DNA of 63,473 nt, the filler included, from Folioceros fuciformis (Eukaryota): NCBI GenBank assembly GCA_049999805.1. It is 19 parts of 19 records of this genome, joined end to end, with 100 filler letters (N's around TTAATTAATTAA, not from the genome) between each part and the next. Parts side by side here need not be neighbours in the genome. Positions count along the whole stretch, not along the records: positions 47,534 to 50,380 come from JBNGIO010002994.1; positions 50,481 to 52,150 come from JBNGIO010002995.1; positions 52,251 to 61,752 come from JBNGIO010002996.1; 16 more parts are not named here. One strand, given 5' to 3'. Made by a program: the position numbers and the translations under genes. The notes under the pieces were generated by a model. The model ran no database searches and was not told the DNA's origin. It worked only from the letters and a program-made list of their open reading frames with translations. Below are positions 49,409-61,752 of the stretch, piece after piece. Within the stretch, counting starts at the first letter, position 1; each line of letters starts with the position of its first letter.

Positions 49409-49964
49409 TGTCCTACATCTAGGCGTGATGAAGTATGGCTCATTTATCGATGAGCAAAGCGTTGGGGCGTGCTCGTGGATAAATCATATCCCGGGATTTG
49501 ATACCATAACGCAAAGAAAGCGTGCAGGGGTATGAGCACGAGTGCGCGTGTGCAGCCAGTAGGAGGAAACAATGAAAAACGCTTATATTACTGAAGAGAA
49601 AATGTGAATATATACAATGAAGAAATAGTCTGTTGTAACTGTTTGTGAAACTACAAGATTAATATTTAACCTATGCATAATTAACCTTGGTTTCCTTCAC
49701 CATCTTATGTAGGCAATTGCCTGTCATGGAAACGCTGAGAGCCAAGGACTCCTGCACACATCGAGAAAAGATCAACACTCCTTGGCCTTGGACTTGCTTC
49801 TGCATATATAAGGCACTCGCTCCTTCAACCAGAAACACTTTGTCCTCCAATTTGTCTTGTCCCTTTCTTCTGATTCTTCGTAAGAGCCGGAGTAGGCAGT
49901 CCATCATTGAGCGCTAAAGAACGGGCGTAAGAGGCAAGTCTGTTTGGTGATGGCAGTCGCCGCG

Positions 49965-50380
49965 TGTGAACCTCCAAAGTTTGGGGTAGTAGTTTGTTTT
50001 GGTTGAAAAAGGGTTAATAGTGGTATGGTTTGGTTTTCTTTTTCAACTTATTTTCCCTAATTTTCCTTGATTTTCTGGTCATTTTTCCTATTTTTCTTTG
50101 TGCCAATTAGGTTAATTGACCAAGAAATAGTTGGTTTGGTTATAAGAGTGGGTATAGGTTTGGTCCCAGACCTGGGAAGGTTTAGGTTCGGTACTAGGCC
50201 ATAGGGTTGGGTGATTAGTTTAATATTAATTAAAGATATATAATATTAAATGATTTAAATAATATAATAATAATAATAAAATAATGGTTTGAACATAGGA
50301 ACGGGTATCTGGGTATGTCAGGGGTCAGGGTCTGACGATAGGCTGGCTGATTGCTTGGCTGGCATGAATGGCCATGGAGG
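49965..50380 (+). mobile_element. LTR start (TGTGAACCTCC...)
   Basis: Matches 32832-32935 in reverse orientation. Confidence 0.7.
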
Positions 50381-50566
50381 NNNNNNNNNNNNNNNNNNNN
50401 NNNNNNNNNNNNNNNNNNNNNNNNTTAATTAATTAANNNNNNNNNNNNNNNNNNNNNNNNNNNNNNNNNNNNNNNNNNNNAGAAGTGGCAGGAATTCTCA
50501 TATAAAATCATAAATAGATTATAAAATGGTTCTTGAAATTCTCAAAAACACAAAACATATGGCCTA

Positions 50567-51328
50567 ATGAATGGCAATCCTCAAGATGGTGGGCAACAAT
50601 GGCCAGGACGGCCAATTCCCTTCCACGAGCTGATCAACCAGCCAAGGAATCGACGAAGGGGACAGGGTGCGCATACAAATGCAGCAAGACAGACAACTGC
50701 ACAGCAGCTCCATCAACAGATTACAGAATGGACAGCACGCACTCCTAATCAACCTGTTCTAACACTTGAAGTGAGGGAATCCTTCAACACACTGATTGAA
50801 GCCCTCTTTCCTGAACAGCACCATTTGGCGTTCGTCCCACCACCGAGGAACCCTAACAATCTCCCAGAAATTCGGGTACAACGAGCCTTTGACGGCAATG
50901 GTAATCCAAGAGGGTTCCTAACCACACACGTTGCACCACACACCAGTGTCACAGAATTAGCCTCTAGGTTAGAAGCACATCAACGGTATGTTGATAGGCA
51001 TTTTCAGAACATAAGCCAATAACTTGCTGCTGTTTCTGTTGACTTACGTGTGCTGTTGGAGCAGATTGGGCATTTAGATTTCAAGTTGCTTGCTTTGCTA
51101 AAGCCTGCTCTTCTTGCTAACCCTGCCACTAGGGGGACAGCTTGTAAGTCAGCAGCTAAAACTAACAAGCACCATAAATTTGATTATCCTAATTCATGCC
51201 CATCGTGCTCAACCTACGCTTTTAATCGCTGGGAGATTAGAAACCAGAACATAAGGGAAATCATAGGTAGGCAGATGGTCAACCTGCGTAGGTCTGACCA
51301 GCAGATTGGACCTATCTTACCCTTGTGA
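50567..51328 (+). pseudogene. Copia ORF0 (253 codons, one in-frame TAA at 51020)
   Basis: ORFs at 50567 and 51050 share a frame. Homologous to 39786-40412. Ends 160 nt before gag. Confidence 0.8.
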
Positions 51329-51488
51329 GTTGTAGGCTGCAGTAAGCAACCTATCTCCGATGTGCTAATTGCATCAAAGTCTTCTCTGAATCCTCATTTG
51401 TTGACCTGCACAAGTTAGGTCACACAAGTACATTAGTAGCACACTCATAACATCCTCACTGTGAGGAGGGCTAACAGCAGTCTTAGAC

Positions 51489-51787
51489 ATGGGTGACACT
51501 GCTAATCTAGCGGGAGATGGATTCAAGGAGAAGGATGGATTTGGGGGGGCAGACTATGACATTTGGGTCATTAGAATGCGTGGAGCACTACAAAACAAGC
51601 TGTTGTGGGCATGGGCCAACGGAAAAGAAAAGTTTCCTGCAGTCTTAGGTACTCCAACTACTACTGAGCAGAAGGCAATAGATACCTGGACAATCAAGGA
51701 TGAAGCAGCACAGTACCTTATCCGGAGTGGTCTGACGACTGACATGTTGAGACACACCTCTGGTTGCAAAACCTCAGTTGAGATATG
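51489..51787 (+). pseudogene. Copia gag N-terminus interrupted by an insertion
   Basis: FKEKDGFGGADYDIWVIRM...YLIRSGL. Similarity ends at TGTTAAG (51788), the start of an AT-rich LTR-like insert. Confidence 0.88.
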
Positions 51788-53178
51788 TGTTAAGCATGAT
51801 TAATGTTGAGATTAATTAGTGCTAATCCAGCTTATTGAGTTTGTACTAATTAGTGGTAAGAGTGATTAAGGTTATGATTAATATATATATATATAGCTTG
51901 TTAGACTTTGTTATGTTAGGCAAAAAAGTATTGTAGGTTTGGGGTCATTTATCCCATATTGGGCACGAAATGAGAGTGCCACCCATAGGTCCATAACAGA
52001 AGGGATGAACCCACTTAGTATATGTAGTCTAACTCCTTCTTCACTTGTATTGTATTGTTTTTGTAATTCTCCTTTTTATTTGAGTTTAAGAGCCTTGTTA
52101 TAATGCTCTTAGTTTTGGGATTCTGCATCTTGCTTCAACTAACTTGTTTTNNNNNNNNNNNNNNNNNNNNNNNNNNNNNNNNNNNNNNNNNNNNTTAATT
52201 AATTAANNNNNNNNNNNNNNNNNNNNNNNNNNNNNNNNNNNNNNNNNNNNGACCCTTGATAGTTTTTGCTATATAAGACATTTTGTATTCATAAAAATGA
52301 TGCTTTTATCAACACTTGGAACATTCTTAGATCAAAGTTGATATTAAAGACTTGTCTTCAATTCAATAGGTTGCATGCACACTGTCACACAAAATCAGCA
52401 CTCCAAGAATTTTAAAAAGTGAGTATTGTCTTTATCACTAGTATGAGCAATGTGAAGATGTAGGCACATTTTGCATATGTATGATAGTTTATAAAGTCTT
52501 GTGGAAGTCCAATCGAGGAACATAAGAAGGAACTTTGACAAGCTCAACACAAGTAGTTTATTGAGTAGAAGTAGGTTTGGTGGAGGAAGGGATTGTTAAA
52601 GTGGAAGCTTTAGGTTATGGTCAAATAATCTGGCAAACTATCTTAGATCCTCGTATGCTTCGATTACTCTATCGGCAAGCATTTCATCACTGCTCAAACT
52701 AAGATAGGTAGACAAAGGTCCCTCCTAGATGCACGTAATTTGTTATTGACACTTTCCAATATATCTAACTGATAATAAATGCGGAAGCATGTTTGTAAGA
52801 AAAGCATTAATTAATACAAGGGAAGTGTCCTTTAAGTACAAAACTGAATGTGTCTTTTGAGTTATGAGTATAACCTCTAGTCTAGTAACTAGGGTATAAA
52901 CTATGTTAGGATTTCAATCCTAACACTCCTACTAAACCAACATGGTTTATACAACTATAAGTTCGGACTCATAATCATCATATACCATTATGTTCCAACT
53001 ACTCTTAGTAACGGGGTGTACTTCCAACATACACAGCCTGGAGCTCCTGACTGCCTTCCTTATATGCTGAGCTTGCTTCCTGTTCAACAGAACGATTAAG
53101 CGCACAAGCCTGAAGACGAAGACAAGCTCTGGAGCATCACACAACGCAAGCCGTGCTCAGGTTCCTCAGCATATCAAC

Positions 53179-53975
53179 ATGAAGAGTGCTAGCAGCACTG
53201 GCGGGAGCGGAGCACGCGGTCGGTTTGTAACACGTAGAGCAACTCTGCACGCGGTTGAGCCTACAATGGGCGCTCTCCCACTTGATGAGCGCCCTCCAGT
53301 GAGGACTCTGCCACCAGCTTCGATCATAGTTGAGCTGGAATCTTATGAGTTTGAGCCCGAGATGACTAACATTGACCTTGTCACCAACACCACTAATGAT
53401 GACTCAGATGCTGTAGAGAGCTTCCTTCATCGTCAAGTCGGAGCTGGAGGACGAACTCCCACTGCATCTATGCCGGAGCGGCAAGTTGCTGCCGTCATGG
53501 TAACCCTGACTGAAATGGAGGCCCCGCTGGACGTGAAGAGGGCTGAGGTGACCCGACAGCAGGCAGCCCTAGTGGAGGAAGCCGTGAGCATAGCAGCAAC
53601 CCCCTCCGACAGAGCCTTTGATGACATAGAAGTCGGCATAGCTGGAAGGAACCAAGAGTTTAGCGTGTGTGCACATAGATGTTGTCTGTGCCCCCCGTGT
53701 GGAAAGAACCTATACAAGGTATGTAATTTCCTACCTAATCCTGTTCCATGCCATGCCTACGACTCAATTCAAGCTTTACGCTTCATCCACCAGTCATGCA
53801 TGTACAGTGTTCTAACCTAAGACCTTATCTACCCCTGCAGGATGGCTAAGAGCATGGAGTTGTTTCTCATTACAGCAGTGGCAAGAGCCACTAAGGTGAA
53901 GACCCAATGTAGGGATAGCAGCATGCTTCAGCTTTAGCCATAGAATTGCCTAGGATAGTCAGTCTACTTTCATAG
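53179..53975 (+). CDS. Antisense accessory gene of the Copia element, probably 2 exons (intron 53719-53840)
   Basis: 180 open codons, then AAG/GTATGT donor, CTAAC branch point and CCCCTGCAG/G acceptor. Exon 2 has stops consistent with C>T decay. Confidence 0.6.
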
Positions 53976-56900
53976 GATAGCTAAACTCTTTCAAACCTAA
54001 GGCAGCCATATGCTGGAAATGTTTGGCCTTTGGGAGCCCATTTGTGAGTATGTCTACAGTGTTGAGATGAGTGCTGATATACTGTACCTTGATAGCCCCT
54101 CGTTCTGCAACATCCCTAATATAATGGTGAGAGAGCTCAATGTGCTTTGTACGAGCATGAAAACAGGGATTAGATACGAGAGCTATAGCGCTCATGTTGT
54201 CACAATGCAGCATAGTTGGTTCTTTGTGTGTTTGATTCACTGACTCCAGAAACTGCCATTGCCATTTAGCCTCCTTACAAGCATCCGTGAGCACTTTGTA
54301 CTCAGCCTCCGTAGAGGAAAGGGCAAGTGAAGTTTGCTTTTTGCAACTCCAACTGATAGTTCCAGAGGCCAACATGCAACAATAAGCTGACAGGCTCTTC
54401 CTGGTGTCGGCATCTGATGCCCAGTCAGCATCAGCAAATGAGATAAGTTCAAGCCTATTGCTCTCACTGCTTGTATAGTGTAGCCCATAAGATGCTGTAA
54501 CCTTTAAGATAACAATAGATCCTTTTAATGGATCCAAGTGTTGTCTTCCAGGTGACTTAAGAAACTGTGACACCATGGTAACTGGTATCTAGTTTGGTCC
54601 AATTTGCGAGATATATTTAATAGCCGATTGCATATGGGACAGCCTGCATGTCCTCAAGCTCTTGTGCATTCTGAGGAGACATGGTATATGTTAACTTCTC
54701 CCCCACTGTAGAGGGAGTGGCTATAGGTTTAGCCCCATCCAGGTAAAAACTCTTCAGTATATCTTTCAAACCCTTTGTTTGATGCAGGATAATTTGACCA
54801 TGTGGCCTGTGACGCAGAATTTGGATCCCAAGACAAAATTGCAGATCCCCCTAATCTGTCATTTCGAACTCTTGGCGCAGCATAGCTTTGACCTCTTCAA
54901 GTTGATCCTTGCTGCTACTGAGAAGTACAAAGTCATCAATATATAAGGCCATAATGACGAACAAGGTACCAACGGCAAGATAAAAAACATTAGTGTCAGC
55001 AGGGGACTGCTGAAAACCAAACTTCCGTAAGTACTTCATGATCCTTTTATACCAAGCCTAAGGAGACTGCTTATGACCATAAACGGTCTTCAGCAATTTG
55101 CAAACCTTGCTTACTGTTTTAGAACTGATAAATCCTTGTGGTTGTTCCATGTACATCGTCTCCTCTAATTCTCCGTGCAGGAAGGTAGTACGGACATCCA
55201 TCTGCTGTACTTCGAGGTCGTATTCAGCTGCCATAAGCCAACAAGATGCGGATCGAGGGAGGCTTGACGCCTGGTGAGAAGGTGTCACCATAGTCTATGC
55301 CTGGAATCTAACTAAAGCCCCTTGCAACTTAACTAGATTTATACCGAGCAATGGTTCCGTCTGCCTTGAGTTTAGTCTTGAAGACCCACTTGCAGCTGAT
55401 AGATTTCCTGCCTTTTGGTAAGTCCACAAGTTCCCAAGTATTATTTTTTATAAGGGATACATACTCGTCATCAATAGAAGTTCTCCAGTGAGGACCATCA
55501 AGGCCATTAATCGCTTCATCATACATCTGTGGATCAGAACGAACTTCAGGCACGTTAAAATCAAACACATTTGCTTGTGCTCCTCGTCGAAAATCCACAG
55601 CTTGGTAAGGGGGTTCAATCCACTGCTCATGAGGTCGTCTGTCACATGCAGGATACCGGGGTTCCTCCACAATGACAGGTACATCACCAGGTGCTCCCAC
55701 GTCTTGGGCAATAGGTAGCTCACCATCTAAAAAATCAACGGCTTCACCATCATCTGACAGTGAACAAGTAGACTCTGACTGTGCATCATGCTCATCAAGG
55801 AAGTCCTGATCGACATGTGGTCTGTTGCAGGCTCTTTGTCAACATCAACATTATCCACCACAGGTAATAAGTACTCGCCATCAGAATCACGATAGTTCAC
55901 TGCTGGTTGTGGGATAACTGATGGAGGTGGAACTGCTGCAGATACAGCTGGTGTAGAAATTTCAGCTAGTGGTTCAGAACTTGGATTGTCCTCCTCGTCA
56001 GCCAAGATGGGTATATTGGTACCATAGTTTGTAGCTGTACTCCTGCGAGGTGATGAAAGTTCATCCAAGGTTACACTACGAGCTAGTACCACTCTTCTGG
56101 TTGCAGGCTCATATAGTTTGTATGCTTTTGAAACCTCATAGTAACCAAGAAATAATAAGGACTTGGCCTTGTCATCTACTTGCATCGTTTCTGTTTAGGG
56201 ACATAAGCATACGCTATGGAGCCAAATACTCGCATGTGCAACAGACTTGGTTTCTTCTTCCAAAAAACCTCGTAAGGGGTTTTACCACGTACTGAGGTTG
56301 TCAATATTTGATTCAGTATGTAAGCAGTTGTTGTGAGGGCTTCTACCCAGTATTGTTTAGGCAGCCTTACCCATCCCAGCATGCTCTTGGTCATACCCAT
56401 TAAGGTCTGGTTCTTACGTTCGGCCACTCCATTTTGTTGCTGATTGTACGACATTGAAAGCTGGAGTACAATTCCATGGGTTTTAAACAACATTTCATAT
56501 TGGTGACCTATGAACTCTCCACCGTTGTCAGTGCGAAAGCACTTCACCAAGTTGCCAGTCTGTCTTTGTCCCATAGACATCCAGGATTCAATACACTCAA
56601 AGGCGTCACTTTTCAGACAAAGTGGGTACACCCAAGTGTAGCGAGAGTAGTCATATGTTAAGGTAAGATAATACTTAGCCCCACCTAGTGACTTAACTTG
56701 CAGCTTGCTTGCAATGTCCGCATGGACAAGTTCTAACACTGCCTGAGCTCTGTGTGCTTATTTATTTTTGAAAGGAAGCTCCTTCTGCTTCAACATAACA
56801 CAAGATTGATAGACAAGGAGATGCTTAAAGCATGAGGGCAGTTTTTCCCTAAAACAGTCCAAGGAGGCCATTAGGTTCAACTTCTCCCTGTTAACATGCC

Positions 56901-58331
56901 CAAGCCTAGCATGCCACAAGTTTGCTTCAGACGTTGTAGAGGTAACATACACTTCTGGTTCTGCAGTCATGTTCAATTGATAAAGTTCATTAACAAGATG
57001 ACCCTTAGCAATGCATCTACTAGGTTTGGACAAATCATAGAGACAACAGTGGCCTTGCTTGAAAGAGAAGCCATATTTTCCAAACTGGGTGGCCGCATGG
57101 ACTGACAGCAAATTCTTTGACATTGTTGGCACATACAGGACGTCTTCCAACAAGATTTTAGATGCTTCAAATAAGGTAATGGAAACTGAACCTACTCCAC
57201 GTACATCTGCGCCTCTAGAGTCCCCCACGTACACTGACTGTGGTGCAACCTTTGTTGTTAGTGTGGCAAACAGGTCCTTGTTATTACACACATGAGACGT
57301 AGCCCCTGAGTCAATGAACCAGGAGTCAGACAATTCAGCAGAGGACGACAAACGGAATGTAACTGTTAAGACGGTCAAGCGCTCTTCTGTGGAGTGGATC
57401 CCTTGTCTTTAGCAGCGAAATGTGCCTCAGAGCAAGGTTCCTTCTTGGGTTCTCCAGCCTTTTTCTTGCAACAGTCCCGCTCCTAATGGTTGGGAATTTG
57501 ACACCAGTGGTAGACACCTTGACGTTTGCTGGATGGAGTTGAAGTCGTCGAGCTGCTTCCAGGTGGCTGCTGGTGAGATTGCTTCTCCTTCCCCCTTCCC
57601 TTCACAAACGGCTTGCCCTTAACTGCAAATAACACTTTCTCATCTCTTGAGCGAGTGCCCTGACCTGGTTTGTGTCTACTGGCCTCCTCTTGCAGGAAAG
57701 CCCCGACCACAACATTCAGATTGAGGGAATAAGATTGATTTGCAGCAGCAGCGGCATATGTAGCAGATAGTGCCAAGTTCTGTCCAGAAATGAAGGTCTA
57801 ATAGGATGGAGGCAAGGCTGTAAACAGTTGGGCGACCATCTCAACCTCGCTAATCTTGGCTCCTAGTGCAGACAATTGTGCTCGCATCAGCCTCAGCTTG
57901 GTGACACCGAGTCCAACAGGTTCTCCCTCCTAAATCCTGAATGAATGAAAATCACTCCTGACATGCATTAAAGTACAGACATTCTGCACCTTGTATGTGT
58001 CTTTGAGCTGAATCCAGACCTCAGCGGTTGTGGCCAGGAACTCAACCTCAATTACTGTTGTGGCATCCAGCCCAGACAGCAAGATAGCAAGTGCCACTTT
58101 GTTTCCTTTGTCCCATTTCGCTTTTTCATCTGCTGTAGGTTGAACTGCTGCTGTAGCGGAGACACTGTGCGGATTTGGGATAGTGCCATCGACGAATTCC
58201 CATACATCACAGGCATTCAGGTAAACTTGCATGTGTGCTCTCCAGCTTTCATAGTTCATAGGCTTGCCATCGAAACGGTCTTTCTCTTTGAACTCTCCAA
58301 CATAGTTGCCAGCTCCAATAGTAGTAGCCAT
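53959..58331 (-). pseudogene. Copia gag-pol (gag-PR-INT-RT-RH)
   Basis: FKEKDRFDG, WFIDSGAT, LWHARLGH, RTDNGGEF, QMDVRTTFLHG, YIDD, ADADW and RTKHIE motifs, with many disruptions. Confidence 0.95.
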
Positions 58332-58639
58332 ATTGGTGACAAGTATTGCTGGGGTAGCTAAGTGTGGAGGGAGAATGAATCCAGGAAACTGAGATTGCAG
58401 GGATTGTACAAAAGCACGTTCTGTTGCTAAGTCCTAATTTAGATCACTGCTTGAGTCCGAAGACAACCAACTTGAGCCAAACGACATGGGAGAAAATGAA
58501 ACGACATCGAAAGGAGGTAAGTGACGTTTCTAAAAACACTGCCCTTAGGGTTAGATACGAAAGTATCTAAACTAACATGAAGCGTTGCGGGTGAACGCGA
58601 AATTGTGACAAGTGTCAGGACTCATCAACCGTCAACCTG

Positions 58640-59352
58640 GCGACGAACACCGGTTGAAGTCTGCTTGAGTGCCTCCAACACTACACCTTCAAGCCGCTCG
58701 CGTGATCCCCCTCCAATCTGGAGCAAAGGATCCCAAAGCGTGAGGCGCCTTCACAAATCTAACTGCCCATGCTTCGGTGCCATGGTTGGATCCTCGCGTG
58801 TCTAAAGCAAAATGAGCAAATTGGTGGTGACCTGGTGTACTTGCGGCATTGAAGTAGACGCAGATCCAATCTCCAAGCGCTCTAGTCTCTCCGACAGCAA
58901 GGAGAGTGAATTCTGTATACCGTGTAGCAGAGTTTGAACCATAATCGTGCGCTCACCCTGCTGCAACAGTAAGGACTGCTGTCGACAGATTTGTGTAAGT
59001 ATCGATCCCTCTTAGCTGGTGACGCTAGAACGCAAAGCCTCCAGCCTGAATTCAACCAAGGAATCAAGGGTATTGAACCCTCCGTCAATTTCTGAATACG
59101 TCTGTGAGTCTGACCGTCTTGGTCTGTCGTGGCTATTGCAGGGGAGCGGAGATGGAGCTCTTTCCCCCAAATTGAGCTGATGGGGCCTGTTCACAGGTGG
59201 AGGAAATCCCCACTGATTTTGATGGCCTTAAGGAAACCGATGCACAAAGCGATTATTTCCCTGCCGCTCAACTTGGTGTGTTCGACTCCTGTGTTTTCTG
59301 TTCATGTATTGTGACGAAGACTCCTCAGGACGTGGTCACTTCTTCGCGCCAT
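58640..59352 (-). pseudogene. Degraded ORF0
   Basis: MARRS start at 59352. After a frameshift, one long frame with a few TAA/TAG/TGA stops contains the heptad IQNSLSLLSERLERLEIG. Confidence 0.55.
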
Positions 59353-60830
59353 GTTGCAAATGCCACAGACTCATTTACATATCCATTATTATTTTTTAGA
59401 GAATACTAACGATCTCTAGAGTGCAAGCAAAGATGAATTAATAGTCACACAATCAAACATTTCTCAGAGAGAGATTTGTATATTATGTGGTTAGATAAAT
59501 CATCTGATGTCTGTAACATCCTAGAATCAATTAGATGGATCAATAGAGCTGGTGCTCTAATACTATGCTAATAAATGCGGAAGCGTGCTTGTAAGAAAAG
59601 CATTAATTAATAAAGGGGAAGTGTCCTATAAGTACAAAATTGAACGTGCTTTTTGGGTTATGAGTTTAACCTCTAGTCTAATAACTAGGGTATAAACAAT
59701 GTTAGGGTTTCATTCCTAACACTAACATGGGTCAACGAAGAACAAGATCTCATGTGAAGTAGACATATTCTCCACTTTTTAAGAACAAGCCAAATTTGAG
59801 ACAAAATAACCCCTATCAAATATTGTTGAATGTTGATTCTAGTAGTTTTTCTAAAAATAGTAGGAAAAAATCACCTAGTTTTAACTGAAAGCTGGTCATA
59901 TATCTTTTTAGACACACAGCTTATATATATTTTAGGGTTACTTTTTACCACTGAATATTCAATACCCAAATTTTGGTGGAAACATCTAACTTTGAACACA
60001 AAATGGATGATTTCTATATTTTGCAAATACTTTTTAATCTAAGTGTGTTCTAAGCATGAATGATGTCTATATTACTTGGAATATAAAGAGCAAATCACAT
60101 AAGATATATTGCATCCATCTCAACTTAAGTGTTCATCCAAAATGCAACATGTAAAAACATGGACTTCCACCTCTTTCTAAATGCTAGTTACCAATTGTAA
60201 CACTAACTTGCAGCCCTAATAAGTATCTTATTTTGGTTCCTGCATGCCAATTGTAGCTCGTAACCTAGGAGTTCGTCGTCCAAAATCATGTTGCTTAATA
60301 ATTCTAGTATTGTACAAGGCATTGGTGTAAAGTCTCTACTCCATGCTAAGCACAGTGTATCCTTGCTTGCTATGGAATCAAAATGTGGTACTTGGCTAAG
60401 ACGGAGACAAAGTAAAGGAGGAGTGAGGGAGGGAGGGAGAGAGAGAGAGTGATGGTGACATAGAGTCGTCACCAGCAGTCACCAAAAGCTAGAACATCAA
60501 GTAAAAGTGGGGGTGAAGTATAGGAAACATCAGTGGGAGGGAAAAAGAGTGCGAGAGCAGGAGGGAGGGGGCATGGACCTGAACAAGTAGCCTCGCCCAC
60601 GGATGAGTATGGAGTCGAGACCAGAAAGAAAGAAGGGAGCTCAAAGTGGAGGTTTGTATGAATCCCCTCCAACGTCCGAAAATGGAGTAAGGAAGGAGTA
60701 ATCGGAGGAAGAAATAGAGAGCGACAAGGGGTCGGACCTGTCTCACAAGTTTGAGGTTACACAAATACTGGGTGGGGTTGTCAATCGCATGGTTGTGGCC
60801 ACACACTCCACGATTGTTGTAGTGCACTCT

Positions 60831-61752
60831 TGTGGGGTTAAAATATGGTACCCGGGGGTACCGCGAGGTCCACACAAGCCCTCTATGTCGTTGTAGCTCT
60901 GGGATTCGATCCCAAGGGAATGATTCGTGTTAAACTACACAGGTTAGCTTCTAAAGTCAATTAGCACCCAAACTCGACTGACCCCCGCACACACGTCCCG
61001 TGCTCGGTCCTTACCCAGTCCCCTTACTTCTCCCACCAGACGACCCTCCTACCACCCAGTCGCACCAGGGACTACCTCCCCCTGGACTACTCTTGGTGGC
61101 CCACCGGACTACCCTCCGTTCCCCAATGGACTACTACTGTCGTCTTTCGGGCTACCACTCGTGGGTCCCACTCTCTCTCTATTTCTCTCTCTAGGATTTC
61201 CTCTCTTTCTGAGTCGTCCCTACCCGACTGTTTTCTCGCGTCTTCCCTTTTGCGCTTTCCTTCCTTGGTTCTCCACAAAATAGCCTCTCACCCTCAGGAT
61301 CAAACGCACACACATATGAACAACGACAATCTGCCGGTCGCCTTCCACCGGTGTGATTTCACACTCTAGGTACACCCTCTGCAGTCTCAAATCAACTTCC
61401 TCACAGTCTCTCCAACCTCATCGCGACTAGTCACTCATACTCACCACGTCTCGTTACACATTACTCACCTCGCTTCCAAGGTTTCTCCGGCTTCGTTCGC
61501 CACTCACCAGTTCTCGTTATACGTTCTCTTCGTCTCTGGTTACTCGCTTCTCCTCTTTCTCACACACGCGCACCCTCGTGCTTCTTTATCCACTCCTCCG
61601 TCTCCTTTCTCAGCAATGCCCCTCCTGGGCTTCCATGAACATTGAGGAATGGTGAGGTACCGAAGCTAAGGGAAGAGGGACCTCTTCCACTCCGAACTCG
61701 CGGATTCGGCTCCGACACCCACACCACCCACGTGACCACTCCGAGGATAGCT
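60831..61752 (-). mobile_element. LTR of the same family as 1372-2439
   Basis: Reverse complement of about 1450-2439, beginning TGTGGGGTTAAAATATGG at 60831. Confidence 0.85.

Larger units (their letters stand above)
52770..59721 (-). mobile_element. Full-length decayed Ty1/Copia retrotransposon (6952 bp)
   Basis: 156-bp TG...CA LTRs at 52770-52925 and 59566-59721 (about 16 mismatches by eye). TSD CTAAC at 52765-52769 and 59722-59726. Degenerate PBS 59554-59565, PPT next to 52926. Confidence 0.96.

Noticed and set aside
52251-52769. Possible hAT transposase remnant around the Copia insertion (ILDPR here, FWWK near 59970)
   Set aside because: Only two short motifs in very decayed AT-rich DNA. 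Needs a frameshift-aware search.
10842-59352. Many in-frame stops reversible to CAA/CAG/CGA, suggesting U-to-C RNA editing
   Set aside because: Known U-to-C editing is organellar. These are nuclear transposons that also carry frameshifts and G>A changes, consistent with methylcytosine deamination.
1450-61752. Giant inverted repeat between 1450-2439 and 60831-61752
   Set aside because: Two copies of one LTR family on unrelated contigs. Relative orientation is arbitrary.
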